This document shows, in pieces, positions 11,497 through 24,322 of a stretch of DNA of 36,985 nt. Within the stretch, counting starts at the first letter, position 1, and each line of letters opens with the position of its first letter. The DNA lies in contig JAPEUG010000145.1 in the NCBI GenBank assembly GCA_026025795.1, forward strand, positions 1 through 36,985, in the 5' to 3' direction. The DNA is from Thelocarpon superellum. Lineage: Eukaryota. The position numbers and the translations under genes were made by a program. The notes beneath the pieces were generated by a model, which saw only the letters and a program-made list of their open reading frames with translations, ran no database searches and was not told the DNA's origin.

Positions 11497-13191
11497 ATGT
11501 ATACCTCGCCCGACAGTGCCGTTTCTCCGCATTCTGGCATCGAGAATGGGTTCGACGAAGAAGTCGATACGGCCAAAGAGGCGATCCCTGAGCTTCCGAG
11601 TGTGCTGCTTGACTGCACAAAGTTCCGCATCTTGATCGTGGGACAATCAGGCGTTGGAGAGTCAACCATCTGCAGCCAGGTCTTCAACGTCAGCGGCAAG
11701 TGTGTAAGAGGGACGAAACTTGGGACATACACCTGCATGGAGTTGATAATGCCTTAGGCCGGGGTAAGTCACAGACAGCGGGGTCAGGGAAAGCAACAGG
11801 TCTGGCACGAGATCACGTTCCCTGGCCAGAACGAGAATATTATTCTCCATGACTCCGGCGGCTTCGAGGCAGGGGACCAGGATGCGCTGGAAGAGATCCA
11901 AACCTTCATCCGCCACCGCCGAGGCCAGCCCAGGCTCGCAGACCAGCTTCATTGCATCTGGTGCGCTCGCCCAACGGCGAGGGGGAAACGGGAAGGCTAA
12001 TCGTCGGCAGGTACTGCATTTCCTGCGACTCGCCTCGTCCCTTCCAAATCGCCGAAGAATCCTTCTTCAAGGACGTCGAGACAGGCGATGTCCCTGTGGT
12101 GGCCATCTTCACTCAGTTCGACCTCTTGGTTGACAAGCACTTTAACACATGGCGAAGAGAGTGGAAGAATAGCCACCCATATGACCGCCATCTACCTGAT
12201 GAGGAGGGTGAGCGGATGGCTCGTTGGGCGGCCCTCGAGGACTATAATCAGAACTACCGAGACGAGCTCTTGCGAAGGATCGGCCTTCATTCAAGCGTCG
12301 GTATTAGGCGGGTGAAGATACCGCCAGCTTTGGCGGATCGCGCGCACATCACGACGTGTCGCAGCGCCGGTAAGAACCAATACGACAGACCTCAGACGTG
12401 GTTTGTCTGACCTGCCTAGATCCAACCGGGGTGGAGGATCTAGTCATTCGAACCGTCAATGGCTTGACGGGGAACAATCATCGGATTTTGCGTGTTCTCT
12501 GGGCCGCCGCGCAACGTTTCTCCGCCGATTTGAAGGTCGAACGTACGTCTCCCTCCCTCTGCTACCTATCGCCTTGATCACTGAGCTGGACTTAGAATCG
12601 CTTGCCCAAGGCATGTCAACCTTCTGGGGCGTTGTTGGCTCCAACGCCATCCCCTTGACGCCGTTGGTTGGCGCGACGATGACCTACCGGGCCTTTGGCT
12701 CCATCGTGACGAACCTCAGTGCGGCGTGGGGAATCCCGGATCCACATCGGATACTCTGTGAGAGCAGCGCCCGCAATGTCATCCTCGAAGGCTTTTTTGA
12801 CAAGTCTATCTGGAAGGCCAAGGGCGCATTTGGCGCCTGGACCGTCCTCTCCCTCGTCACCCTGAACATCTATGGTCCCCTGCTTGTGGTACCTACAGCC
12901 GTGCTGTTGCTAAAGATAATTGCTGGTGTCACTCTGATCTTTGAGAGGCTTTTCTTGGAACAGATGGTGGACGGAGGGTCTCTCCCCCTGAGCACGGACC
13001 TAATCAGGACCGTGGTCACCAAATTCCGGCACTCTACAGGTCAGAAGTTAATGGCTGGGTATATCAACGGATCCGTGGATCTGGCCAATACGTACAAGAA
13101 GCAGAAGATTTGGAACGTGCTGGAACAGGCGACGACGTTGGCCAGAACCCAGACTGCGAGCGAGTACTCGAAGAAAGGTGAGGCTCAATAG
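11497..13191 (+). CDS. Fungal P-loop G-domain protein (HDSxGFEAG/LHxIWYCI family) with hydrophobic C-terminus and degenerate Walker A; exons 11497..11703, 11758..11960, 12011..12369, 12420..12542, 12596..13191
   Basis: FRILIVGQSGVGESTI, HEITFPGQNENIILHDSGGFEAG, LADQLHCIW|YCISCDSPRP, VPVVAIFTQFD, LWAAAQRFSADLK; four GT-AG introns of 50-54 nt restore one continuous frame. Start codon less certain. Confidence 0.82.
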
Positions 13192-14491
13192 AAAGACATT
13201 GGGGGTACGGTACTCTGCGGGGATCACGTGATCACGCCATCAACGCCAGCATCTGTTATCGCACACATGGCGAGGGTGGAGTCAGTAGTGCTAGTCCGGA
13301 AACATGGCGTCCGCGGTTAGCGAAGTCATCCGTCAGGGTACCGTGACTGGAATGTCAAAGAAGGCTGCGTTGGCATAAAATGACCGCAGCGCTTATCGGT
13401 GCAGGACAAGGGACGGTGACGGGGCGGGCGGCTCGAGGCGCTGAGTCGAGCTCGCTCGCGCGCGGCAGTCGTCAAGGCCCCTGCTCGGTTGTGCAGCGGG
13501 GGCTCACGTGCGGCTGCATCGACTGGGTCGGTGCTCCAAGTGCGGGACTACTCGAGCCAGACGAGCGAGAAGGATAGCAGATGGTGGATGCAGTACCACT
13601 ACTACTACGCGTACGGACGGATAGTAGTCATCATGGCACCATGGGTCAAGGCTGCAACGCACTGGCAGCAATCCGAAGCGACGGCACATGATCCGGTAAT
13701 CCATTCGCCGCCTCGCCCTCCCCTACCAGCCAAAGACCCTACGACAGACGCAGGACGCAGGACCAAGGATCCACGGGGAGGATAAGTACTTGTCTACCTA
13801 GGTACGAAGTACTTGGGGAGGTGTCCCTGGCATAGACCGAGCCCGAGCGTGAAAGAGAGGGCGTAAGCTGCGAGCCGCAAGCCGCGAGCCGCAAGCTCGA
13901 TCGAGCTCACCGACATCGTTGCGGTGTGCGCACCAAGCATCGAGCCGACGCCCGCACCGACCCTCGCACTTACATTCGCTGCTGAGTGCCCCGTACTCGA
14001 GCGACACCCAGATCTTGTGCAGCACGCCTGAATAAGACGCAGCGCTCGCTGGCTTACCTTGATCCGGGTACGTCTCGCGGTGCAGCAGTGTGGCAGGCAG
14101 TAGTCGCAGCGGCCGCCAGACACGCACCACCACGGCCGAGACTGCCACCACCACCACCACGACCGTCACCACCGCGGCATTTGGATTGCTGGCCCTGTCG
14201 CTCGCTGGACAGCACTCATCGTCGGGTTTCAATTCATTCTTTCCGCCCCTACTCGCCCTCACCTACAGCAACCATTCGACCGCCCATCGCGACCTCGGCC
14301 GCCATCTACGTTCCGATCCCGCTGGTCCCACCCCGCCGAACGTCGCCCGCTCTGGTATACCCGGACATCTCCGTCCGTTCTGGCCACAGAGTGACGTCGA
14401 CCCGTCGCATCTCTCATCGTCACCACGCTGCGTCGGTGTTGCGGGACCAGACACGTCGGCGTCGGAACCTCGAGCGAGCCGTCTTCCGATC

Positions 14492-15455
14492 ATGGCGGGC
14501 TGGTTCAAGAGCATGTATGATTGGCTGATGAGACTGTTCTGGTGAGTGGCACCCGCCATGTCTGTACGCCGGATTGGTCCAGATGGGATGCTGACGTGCG
14601 ATGACCCGTGGTGTGCAGGGCGACGGAGATGGACATCACCATGATCGGCCTCCAGAATGCCGGTAAGACATCGCTGCTGCGAGTGCTTGCGGTAAGTGTG
14701 TGGGGGATTAATGGGTCCCGAAGATTGAACGTGTTGCTAATATGGAAGGGTTCAGGGCGGCGAGTTCACCATCGAGTGCGTATAGTCCACCTTCCCATTT
14801 TGCACACGCCCCGTCGCTCTCCCGATGGCGGGATGCCCGCTGTCTATGAGATGGAACTGACGACATGGGCGTTTTTTCAGCTCGATCCCGACGGTCGGAT
14901 TCAATATGAAACGGGTCCAGAAGGGTCACGTCACGTTGAAGTGGTAAGCTCCCGTCCCCGTAGGCCGATCCAAATATTTTGGTTTGCGGCGATCTCGTTG
15001 CGGCTGTTTGTTCGGGAGGCTGACTGCTACCATCGCATAGCTGGGATTTGGGAGGTCAACCTCGGTTTCGCTCCATGTGGGAGCGGTATTGTCGCGGTGT
15101 AAACGCCATCGTGTGCGTGTGTCCTCTGCCTTTCTCGATGATTCGCGTGACGTCGGTCGGGTCGGCTGCTGACGGGTGGAGCAGATTCATCGTGGATTCG
15201 GCCGATGAAGCAGCCATGCCCATCGCCCGAGACGAGCTCCATGCACTCTTGGAAAAGCACGTGCTGGATGGGATCCCGCTGTTGGTGCTGGGTAACAAGT
15301 CGGACTTGCCGGAAAAGCTTTCGGTGGACGACTTGATTGACGTGCTTGACCTCAAGTCGGTCTCGCACCGAGAGGTCAGCTGCTACGGCATCAGCGCCAA
15401 GGAAGAGACCAACCTCGACGCTGTGCTGCAGTGGTTGATCGCTCGAAGCAAGTGA
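14492..15455 (+). CDS. ARL8: ADP-ribosylation factor-like GTPase 8; exons 14492..14541, 14619..14691, 14756..14775, 14881..14943, 15041..15112, 15185..15455
   Basis: [100 protein letters not shown]...GNKSDL...CYGISAKEETNLDAVLQWLIARSK; five canonical introns. Confidence 0.96.
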
Positions 15456-16981
15456 GGCGTGGCGCGAAGGCGATGACGACGATGACGACGAAATCTTGAA
15501 CGGCCGGATTGAACGAGGTGGGCGCGACCTCCTGACGATTATGAAGTGACGGACAGACTCGGGCCAGGCATGGCAACCGGCTCGCAAGGGCTCATATATT
15601 TCCTCCGCTCGGCGCGTCAGGCTTGGGTCCTCGGTCAGGACCAAGCACGACATATCGAGATGACAGCGAGACTTCTTCGGACCCTGGGTCGCATCAATTG
15701 GCGTTTTGGTGGGCTCTTGGGGTGAGTTGAGCGTGGTGGCGCGGAGGGGGCGGATGGGCCCGATGTGCGCGTCTTCACGCGCTGCGCTGGGCGGAATGCA
15801 TCGGGCCTGGCCGCACGGAGACACCTGTAACTCTGCCAAGTAGTTTCGTACCTGATCAGGCCGCTATTCCGAAGCACAATCGCGCGAGGGCGAAGTCGCC
15901 ACGATTGCACGAATGGGCTGGGGCCCCGGCCAGCGGCGAATCTTCGCTCTGGACCGACTCGCCGTTGCAGGACGAGGCACTCCATCCTCGTCCAGGCGTC
16001 AGGACCGTGCCTCAGATCCTAGACCGAGGACGGCGGCACGCTCCCGTGGTCGCAACGACCAAAGCTTTTCGCATGAGGATTCCCGGTCAAGCTCATGATC
16101 CATAACGCCGAGCTCGAATCGTCGCGCGAAGAAGGGAGTTATAAGAGACGCCTCCGGTCGCGCTGACGGTTCGGGGGGGGATGGGCGGTCCCAGGGCGAG
16201 AGAACACACGGACCACCGATGCGTTGGCAAGATGCTTCCTAGTGTGTCAGGCATGCTGCCTCTCGCCTACCTGGGTAAGCGTGCAGCGGACGAGGATCCC
16301 TGTTGCCCTCGCATACCTGGTCCTCGGGCTCGGCGAGAACTGCCCGTAGGCTCTTCGTATGAGTACTGGTACGACTAGTTCCGCTCGCGAGGCCAGCGTC
16401 CCGCAACAAGAGCCAGCTTGCTCGTCCAAGATCGAGACGCCTGGGCCGGGGCCACTCCAACCCAGGTGAGGGTGTGGCACGTGGAAACTACAACCGTTTC
16501 TTAGATCTACATTGTGGCGTCTTGCCAGCCGAGCGTGCGGTTTGACTTGAGAGACGCCGTTGGAGGCTATTGCTCCCTGCCTGCTCCGTGCGTAGGAGGA
16601 CGGAGACCCGCTGAACCCGCTGGGGCCACCGGTGCTTGCTTGCCAACTCACTCGCCTGGGACAGCTGACTGCGGCCGCCCGCTTCAACGTAAGATGGTGC
16701 GCCACTCGGCCGGGGCATGCGGAATTAGGCCCCTGACCACCACAATCGATCAGCCTCGTCCGACGCCCCAATCACGGGCCGCTTTCGATCTCCCGATCTG
16801 AAGTACCCTCTCCACAGGTTCCTTACCCTTGAATATTTCGCAGCCGGATAAGCTCAACGTCATCGTTCAGGTGCCCGGAGGAGACGCGGGTTGGTCTCCG
16901 TTGCATTGCACAAGTTACACAGAGTGGCAAGGCAAGTTCATAATAGAGCGCTCCCTTGGACGATGTAACATGGCGGACCTT

Positions 16982-16991
16982 TGAAAAATTC
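16982..16991 (+). promoter_or_regulatory. RRPE-like element upstream of RPA135
   Basis: TGAAAAATTC, one mismatch to TGAAAAWTTT, about 340 bp upstream of a Pol I subunit gene in otherwise GC-rich DNA. Confidence 0.35.
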
Positions 16992-17328
16992 AGGTCTTCG
17001 AATCAGATGCGCTTTCGAAGATCGGAGGTCTGTCGGCGTGCATTTAGCAAGCTGGCTGTGCGTGACCGAGAGTTAGAGAGAGAAACGCGCGTTCAGTTAT
17101 ACTCGCCAGCTATGCTTGAAAGTCGAAAAGTTCTCCCTAGAATTGGTGTGGGCGACCTTATGTGCGAATGCAAGAGCTTGATATGCGAGAAAAGACTCCC
17201 GCCTGCGACCGAGGACATTCCTCCAAGCTCTCATCAGGCTTCCAGGTGATCAGACCGTCATGCTGTAGAAGTCTTGATCCCATGTTCTCAACTCCGTCGA
17301 CGTATATGTATCGATGCTAGGATTGGCC

Positions 17329-20300
17329 ATGGCGCCCAGCAGAGTGGCATCCACCCAGACCAAATGGTCGGCCGAATATGATACCCTGCGTCGGGAACGG
17401 CTCTTTCGGCACCCTCCCTCGGACCACACGGCGTATCCGTCATTGCACGCTGCCATTGCACCGCATGTCGACTCGTTCAACGCCTTGCTCGGTGAAGAAG
17501 GACTCCTTCATCATGCCATTCGAGACATTGGGACCCGGGTCTTTCTTGACGGCGACAACGGGGATACCGTACGCAACAGCCTCAGCGTTCGGTTGAAAGA
17601 CGTCTTCCTCGAACGTCCCCAGATCCCCCCCACAAATCGATTCTCCACCAAGAATCGAGAGGTCTTTCCGGCCGAATGCCGCGAGCGACATGTGACCTAC
17701 CGCGGGCGTTTCAAGGTTCGATTGGAGTACAAAGTCAACGACGAACCATGGACGGACACCGTGAGGGAGCTTGGTCAATTGCCGGTGATGGTGAAGGTAC
17801 GTGCGCTTTGGCGTTCATGCTGAGCGTCCCACTGATCTCACTCCTAGTCAAACCGATGTCATCTCGAGAAACTGTCTCCAGCCCAGCTCGTTGGGGCAAA
17901 GGAAGAGAGTGACGAGTTTGGGGGCTATTTCGTCGTGAATGGTATTGAGAAGCTGGTCCGTTTACTGGTCGTGTCACGGCGGAACTATCCCATGGCCATC
18001 ATCCGGCCCTCCTTCACCAACCGCGGCAAATCCTACACCCACTTTGGCGTCTCCATCCGATCCGTCCGCCCGGATCAGACGTCGCAAAGTAACGTCCTGC
18101 ATTACCTGAACGACGGCAACGTCACCTTTCGTTTCTCGTGGCGGAAGGCCGAATACCTAGTGCCGGCCATGATGATCCTCAAGGCGCTGATGGAAACAAA
18201 CGACCGGGAGATCTTCGAGGGGCTGGTCGGCACGACGAGCGCCAAGGGCATGGACGACACCTTTCTGACGGACCGCATCGAACTCCTCCTTCGCACCTAC
18301 AAAGCGTACAATCTCAATGGCAAAAAACAGACCCGGGAGTACCTGGGCGAGAAGTTCCGCGTGGTGCTGGCGGTCCCCGACACGATGTCGGATGAGGTGG
18401 TGGGCTCCATCTTCCTCCGGAGAATTGTGCTCCCGCACCTTGGATGCTCGAACGTCACAGAAGGTCAGAACCAAGACAAATTCAAAATGCTCCTCTTCAT
18501 GATCCGGAAGCTCTACGCCTTGGTGGCCGGCGATTGTGCCGTGGACAACCCCGATGCCGTCCAGCACCAAGAGGTCCTACTAGGTGGCTTTCTCTATGGA
18601 ATGATCATCAAGGAGAAGCTGGACGAGTGGCTGTCGCAGGTTGGGGTGGCCAGCCGGGAATGGTCGAGCAAGAACCAGGGGAAGTTTGCCCAGTCCTCCT
18701 TTCTCAGTCAATTCACCACCAAGATCTTGCATCGGACGACGGAGAATATCGGGGGCCAAATGGAGTACTTTTTGTCGACCGGAAACCTGGTGAGCCCATC
18801 GGGACTTGATCTCCAGCAGACGTCGGGCTTCACCGTGGTGGCGGAGAAGATCAACTTCTATCGGTTCGTCAGCCACTTTCGCATGGTCCACCGTGGAAGC
18901 TTCTTTGCTGAGCTGAAGACCACGACGGTGCGGAAATTGCTACCGGAAAGCTGGGGGTTTCTTTGTCCGGTCCATACTCCTGATGGAAGTCCCTGTGGGT
19001 TGTTAAATCATTTGGCGCACAAATGCCAGATCACGACACGGGCCAGCGACACGTCATTGATCGCTGCGCTCCTCGCCCGGTTAGGCATCGGCGAGGTCCG
19101 ATCGGGGTTGATCGGCGAGAGCCTGGTGATTCAACTCGACGGACGCATCCTCGGGTGGTGCAGTGCCAAGCAAGCCCGCGTCATCGCGGACAGCCTTCGG
19201 TACTGGAAGGTCGAAGGCACGCATGGGGTGCCGTTGGACCTCGAGGTCGGATACGTGCGCGAGTCAAACGGAGGGCAGTACCCGGGGATATATCTCTTCT
19301 CAGAGCCGGCCCGCATGATCCGGCCGGTCAAGTATCTGCCGCTGGACAAGGAAGACCTGGTGGGAGCTTTCGAGCAACCGTATATGTCGATTGCGTGCAC
19401 GGAGCCGGAGATCATCTCGAGGGACCACACGCACGTGGAGTACGATCCGACCCACATTCTGTCCATCGTGGCCAACCAAACGCCGTTTTCGGATTTCAAT
19501 CAGTCGCCGCGAAACATGTATCAGTGCCAGATGGGTAAACAGTCAATGGGTACGCCCGGGACGGCGGGACGATATCGATCGGACAACAAGTCGTACGTGC
19601 TGCAGACAGGACAAACGCCCGTGGTTCGCCCGCCACTACACAACGAGTATGGACTGGATAACTTCCCGAACGGCATGAACGCGGTGGTAGCGGTGATTTC
19701 GTACACGGGATATGACATGGACGACGCGATGATCATCAACAAGTCGGCGCACGAACGGGGGTTCGCACATGGGACAATCTACAAGACGAAACGGATCAAT
19801 CTGGCGGAGAACAGTCGACGAGGAGCGGGGTCGAAAAACGTGACGAAGATCTTTGGGTTTGCGCCGGGGGGGGTGGTCAGGGGGGATTGGAAAGCTCGAC
19901 TAGATGAGGACGGACTACCGCACATCGGGATGATGGTCAAAGAGGGCGATATCCTCGCGGCGTCGCACTCGGTGTCTCGGGAAGGGGGGTTGTCGGGGCC
20001 GCTGGTCAACCGAGACGGCGACACGCACCTGCACAAGTACGAAGACGCGGAGACAGCCTACGTGGAGGAAGTGCGACTGATAGGGTCCGAACACGGCACC
20101 GATCCCTGCACACAGATCAGCATCAAGCTACGAGTGCCGCGCTCGCCCGTCATCGGTGACAAGTTCTCCTCTCGGCACGGACAGAAGGGAGTATGCAGTC
20201 AGAAATGGCCAGCGGCGGACATGCCCTTTTCGGAGTCGGGCATGCCACCGGACATCATCATCAACCCGCACGCCTTCCCATCACGCATGACGATCGGGAT

Positions 20301-21075
20301 GTTCGTGGAGTCCATGGCAGGCAAAGCGGGGGCGCTGCACGGCCTAGCGCAGGACAGCACGCCGTTTCGGTTCTCCGAAGAAAACACGGCGCTCGAGTAT
20401 TTCGGCCACCAGCTCAAGGAAGCGGGATACAACTACCACGGTAACGAAGCCATGTACTCTGGCATCACAGGTGAGGAGTTGCATGCGGACATCTATGTCG
20501 GCGTGGTTTACTACCAGCGACTGCGACACATGGTGAACGACAAGTTCCAAGTCCGAACGACGGGGCCGGTGACGCAACTGACGGGGCAACCGATCAAGGG
20601 GCGGAAGAAGGGCGGCGGTATCCGAGTGGGCGAGATGGAGCGCGACGCGCTCTTGGCGCACGGGACGGCGTTCCTGCTACAAGACCGGCTGATGAACTGC
20701 AGCGACTATTCGCGGGCGTGGATCTGCGCGCAGTGCGGCTCGTTCCTGGCGACCATGCCGGCAGTGAATGCAGAGTACAAGGGAGGAGGAGGAGTAGGCG
20801 GCCGGCATCAGGGAGGAGGGATGGGAAAGGGGGGAGGTGGTGGTGGTGGTGGTGGTGGTGGTGGAGCAGGAGGGAGCGCGACGACACGGTGCCGACGATG
20901 TGCCGTGCGCGCCACCGAAACAAGCAGCAAGGCGGAGATGTGGGAGGACGGGGCGGGAGAAAGATGGACGGGCGGCGACCAGACGAGACTCGTCGCTGTG
21001 CCGGGCGCGCTGCGCTATCTCGATGTCGAGCTGGCTGCCATGGGCGTCAAGATGAGATTTGACGTCAAGCCGTGA
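17329..21075 (+). CDS. RPA135: RNA polymerase I second-largest subunit; exons 17329..17796, 17848..21075
   Basis: PHVDSFN, ECRERHVTY, RKLLPESWGFLCPVHTPDGSPCGLLNHL, GYDMDDAMIINKS, GDKFSSRHGQKG, GGIRVGEMERD and Pol I-type SVRPDQTS; intron 17797..17847. Confidence 0.97.
20836..20862 (+). repeat. (GGT)9 trinucleotide repeat encoding poly-Gly in RPA135
   Basis: Read directly; part of a run of 12 Gly. Confidence 0.95.
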
Positions 21076-21232
21076 TGAAGAAGCCGTAGGCTGAATGACA
21101 GACTTGAAACACGGACACGAATCCGAGAATGGAAGCGGAGTGAGAAGGGACGAATCGTGCACGGGAAGAGGTTATGTGAGATTGATTTGGTCCGAGGTAA
21201 GCCTATGAATGAAGAGACTAGATCATCCCAAA

Positions 21233-21233
<1 letters not shown>

Positions 21234-21267
<34 letters not shown>

Positions 21268-21281
21268 GTGCCGGTGCCGAC
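21234..21281. repeat. (GCCTGT)5(GCCGGT)2 hexamer microsatellite between convergent RPA135 and CUL3
   Basis: Read directly. Confidence 0.92.
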
Positions 21282-21431
21282 GCCGTGCTTGACACATACC
21301 TGGGAAGGAACGGCAAGCGGGGATGAGGGGATGAGGGGAAAAAGATCAGAGAGCAGCGAACAGAAAAGGTGTATATATGCACGCATGAAAATACAAAAGG
21401 GCACAGGGGAAAGAGAACACAAAGGCAAGAT

Positions 21432-24322
21432 TCATGCCAAATAGCGATATGCAGCCCTCCCGACCAAATCCCCGCCCCTGGTATCGTCGACGCGCTCTAA
21501 GTATTCTCGCTCAATCAGGCCCTCGACGCGCGTCTTGACCATGTTGATGTCGGGCTTGAAGCGGGATGAGAGTTGCGCGATTACCTCGGTGTAGAGGTTT
21601 TGATGCGCTAGTACTTTTCGTTGCCTGAGGTCTGGTTAGTGTCGTAAGGGATGGAAGGGGGAAGGATGGTCCACGCACTTCATGATCCGCACAATCGCCG
21701 CTTCAATCACGCCCTTTCTCATCTCGTCATTCTTCTTCTCCGTGTCTTTTCGCTCCTTGTCTCCCTCCACCTTGTTCCCGCCCGCGACGACGCCCACCTT
21801 CAGCTTCAGGAACTTGCTGCTGAAGGCGTCGTTGAAGGAGAAGCGGTCCGTCGGCTTCACGTCCTTGCTCATCGGCTCTTTGAGCAGGATCCGTGTCTTG
21901 GCGACCAGAGCCAGCGATTGAAGATTCCGGATCAGCTCGTTGGTCGGAATCATCGTCTGCGCTTGGATCTCTTCAAAGGTGAGGGATGCGCCTGATGGGA
22001 CCGCGTTGAAGAGCATCAAGACGACCATGGCGTACGTCGACACGTTCAGCTCGTGTCGTCGCTCCTTGCTCAAGACCCCCTCTCGTCCACGGATCTTCGG
22101 AAAGACGACGCGGAGGTCCGCCGTGCCCATGTTGGCTTGCCACGTCAGCTTTCGGCCCGTGTGCTTTCCCAGGTAGAACTTCTCGAAGCCGCTCTTCATC
22201 TTCTCGATCTCGGTGGGAAAGACGCAGGTGGCTTTGCCGCCGGTCTCGCCAGAGGACGTGCCCATGGATTCCAAGGGCCAGAAAGTCGACGTCAGCACCG
22301 TCGCTGCCAGCTCCAGTTGCTTCGCCTCGCTCCGCTCCAGATGCGAGACGAGCGTCTTGAAGCCGGCCGTCAAGTCCTCCGAGACCGTCATGTCCTTGAA
22401 CATGCCCTCCAGCTTCTGAGTGAAGTGGTTGCCCACCTCCATCTTCATCCGCATGATCATCTGCTTCTCCACGTCGGCGCTGATCGACTTGCCATTTAGC
22501 AATCGCCGCGACAGGTGTTTCTTGTAGTATCGTTCGAAGAGGTCCTTGTCGCGTACGTATCGTAGGAGCACGATCGCCTTCTCTAGCACCACGTCCACCT
22601 CATTCTCCGTCTTGCCCTTCAATCCTCGGCGCAGGTTGTCGTCGATGAAGAGCGAGATGTACTCGGAGCTGCGGGCGAAGACGTTGATGAAATCGGAGAA
22701 GCTGCGGGTCAAGGACGTCTGCAAGCCCTGATCGGAGGCAAACGATCGCTCCCAGATGGCGTCATACTTGTCCTTGAGCCGCAGCACGTCCTCGACCCAC
22801 TTGATCGCCGCCACCGTTTGCTGATTCACCGTCGGCGCCGCCGACGTTTTCCCTCCCTCCGCCTCGCCAGTCTCGGCGGCGGCGACTGCGGGGATCGCGG
22901 CTGGGGCGGTCAGGGCGGTGACGGCGGCGTTGATGTCGTGTCCCAGCTGCACCACCCGTTGCTGTACGGGCTTGCTCAGGTCGTCCTTGGTCGGATCGAC
23001 GCGCGAGTTGAGTTGGTAGAAGAGTGCAAGGTCGTCGTATCGGTCGTTGTCCAACATGTACTTTACCCCGCTCCCTTCCAGCTCGGCGACCTCGCGCAAA
23101 TATCGCGTGATGAGCTCTTCCTCCACGACCCGGTGGATCTTGGGGGCCGTCAACGGCGAGACGGTCGATTGGCAACGGTCTGCCTCCTCCACCAGCCGAT
23201 TTGCAGTGTGTCGTAGATAGGCTCCTGCGTCCGACGTCCGCAACTGGGCCTGACCTTCTCTTGCGTAGAAGCGTCGGCTATGCTCGAGAAAGCCTTCTTC
23301 AAAGGAGGTCAGGTAGAGCTTCTCCTGCTCGTCTTCGTCGTCCGTCTCGTAGAGGCCTTCGAGCATGTAGATGCAGGAGCGGATGCGGTTCTTGTCGATA
23401 ATGTCACCTTCCCGTTCCATCTGGATCTGATCGAGGATGACGGCGTTGAGGATGGAGGCGACGCTGACGCTCTGGTCCTCGTTCATCCAGAGCGGTGCGC
23501 GGAGGATATGGTCGCGGAAGAGACCCATGGAGGTAGTGAAGATGGAGGGACGACGGGTGTCGGCGCAGTAGACCCGATCCTACACGGCATCGGACCATCA
23601 GACATGTCCCGGGTCCTAGGTGAGGCAGGTTGGCGACGATGGTGCAAGACCTACCATGTACATGAGCACGTCGGTGGTCATGTTGACGCACAGGTTATGG
23701 TCTTCCCACGCTTCCTTGAGCCCCTTGAGGAACTTCTCGCCCGCAGTCCGACGCTCGTTCGCAGTGGTGCCGCCGATGGCACCGGCGCCGGTCAGGACCT
23801 TCCCGGCTAGCAGGACCTTGATCGTCTCACGCACTTCGCCACTGAGCCACGCGCGTTCAAATTCCTTGACGTGCTCGTACAGATCGTCTCCTTTCTTCTT
23901 CAGCACGAGTTTGTAGGCGATGCGATAGTTCTCCTCGAAGGAGAGCTTAGACGCGTTCTTGGTGTGGATTTCTCGAAAGGCTGCAGCCAGCACTGACCAC
24001 ATGGTCTCGAAGTCAACATTGTCCGCGGGGGAGGTGAGCCCCTGCTTCGCAGAAGTGGTCAGCATCATGCGCCGTCGACCAGTTCGCGCCTGCATCCATC
24101 TCCACTCGAGACGTAGCCATCGCTTGCGGAGCACAGGATCAACTATGTCCGGACACGTATCGTGCATGCTGTCCGGATGATACGCCGACGCTGAGATTGG
24201 CGGCAGGGAAAGCAGGGTGGTGACGATGCAGTCCATGATGACCGCCCCGCTCTTGGAAGAAGGTGGAAGGGACTCACACGTCTCGGAGGCCGGATCTTGC
24301 CGCGGCCCCGTCCTGCCAGCAT
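21432..24322 (-). CDS. CUL3: Cullin-3; exons 24322..24278, 24041..23655, 23579..21679, 21624..21432
   Basis: MLAGRGRGKIRPPRR|GL...KNASKLSFEENYRIAYKLVLKKKG...DVLMYM|DRVY...DKDLFERYYKKHLSRRLL...IEAAIVRIMK|QRK (neddylation motif)...LIEREYLER...YRYLA*; three canonical introns. Confidence 0.96.

Noticed and set aside
11764..11799. Strong GTAAGT donor 6 nt into exon 2 of the G-domain gene, suggesting a micro-exon or nested intron
   Set aside because: The implied intron is only 36 nt with no branch site, and the sequence reads as plausible coding (VSHRQRG...HEITF).
16607..16617. ACCCGCTGAAC, resembling the 5' end of LSU rRNA
   Set aside because: Eleven-base match only; the flanks are not rRNA-like.
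24042..24277. In-frame ATGs and a small TCCGGACA/TGTCCGGA hairpin in CUL3 intron 1
   Set aside because: The upstream exon MLAGRGRGKIRPPRR is the typical fungal Cul3 N-terminus; the intronic peptide has no motif and no snoRNA boxes were found.
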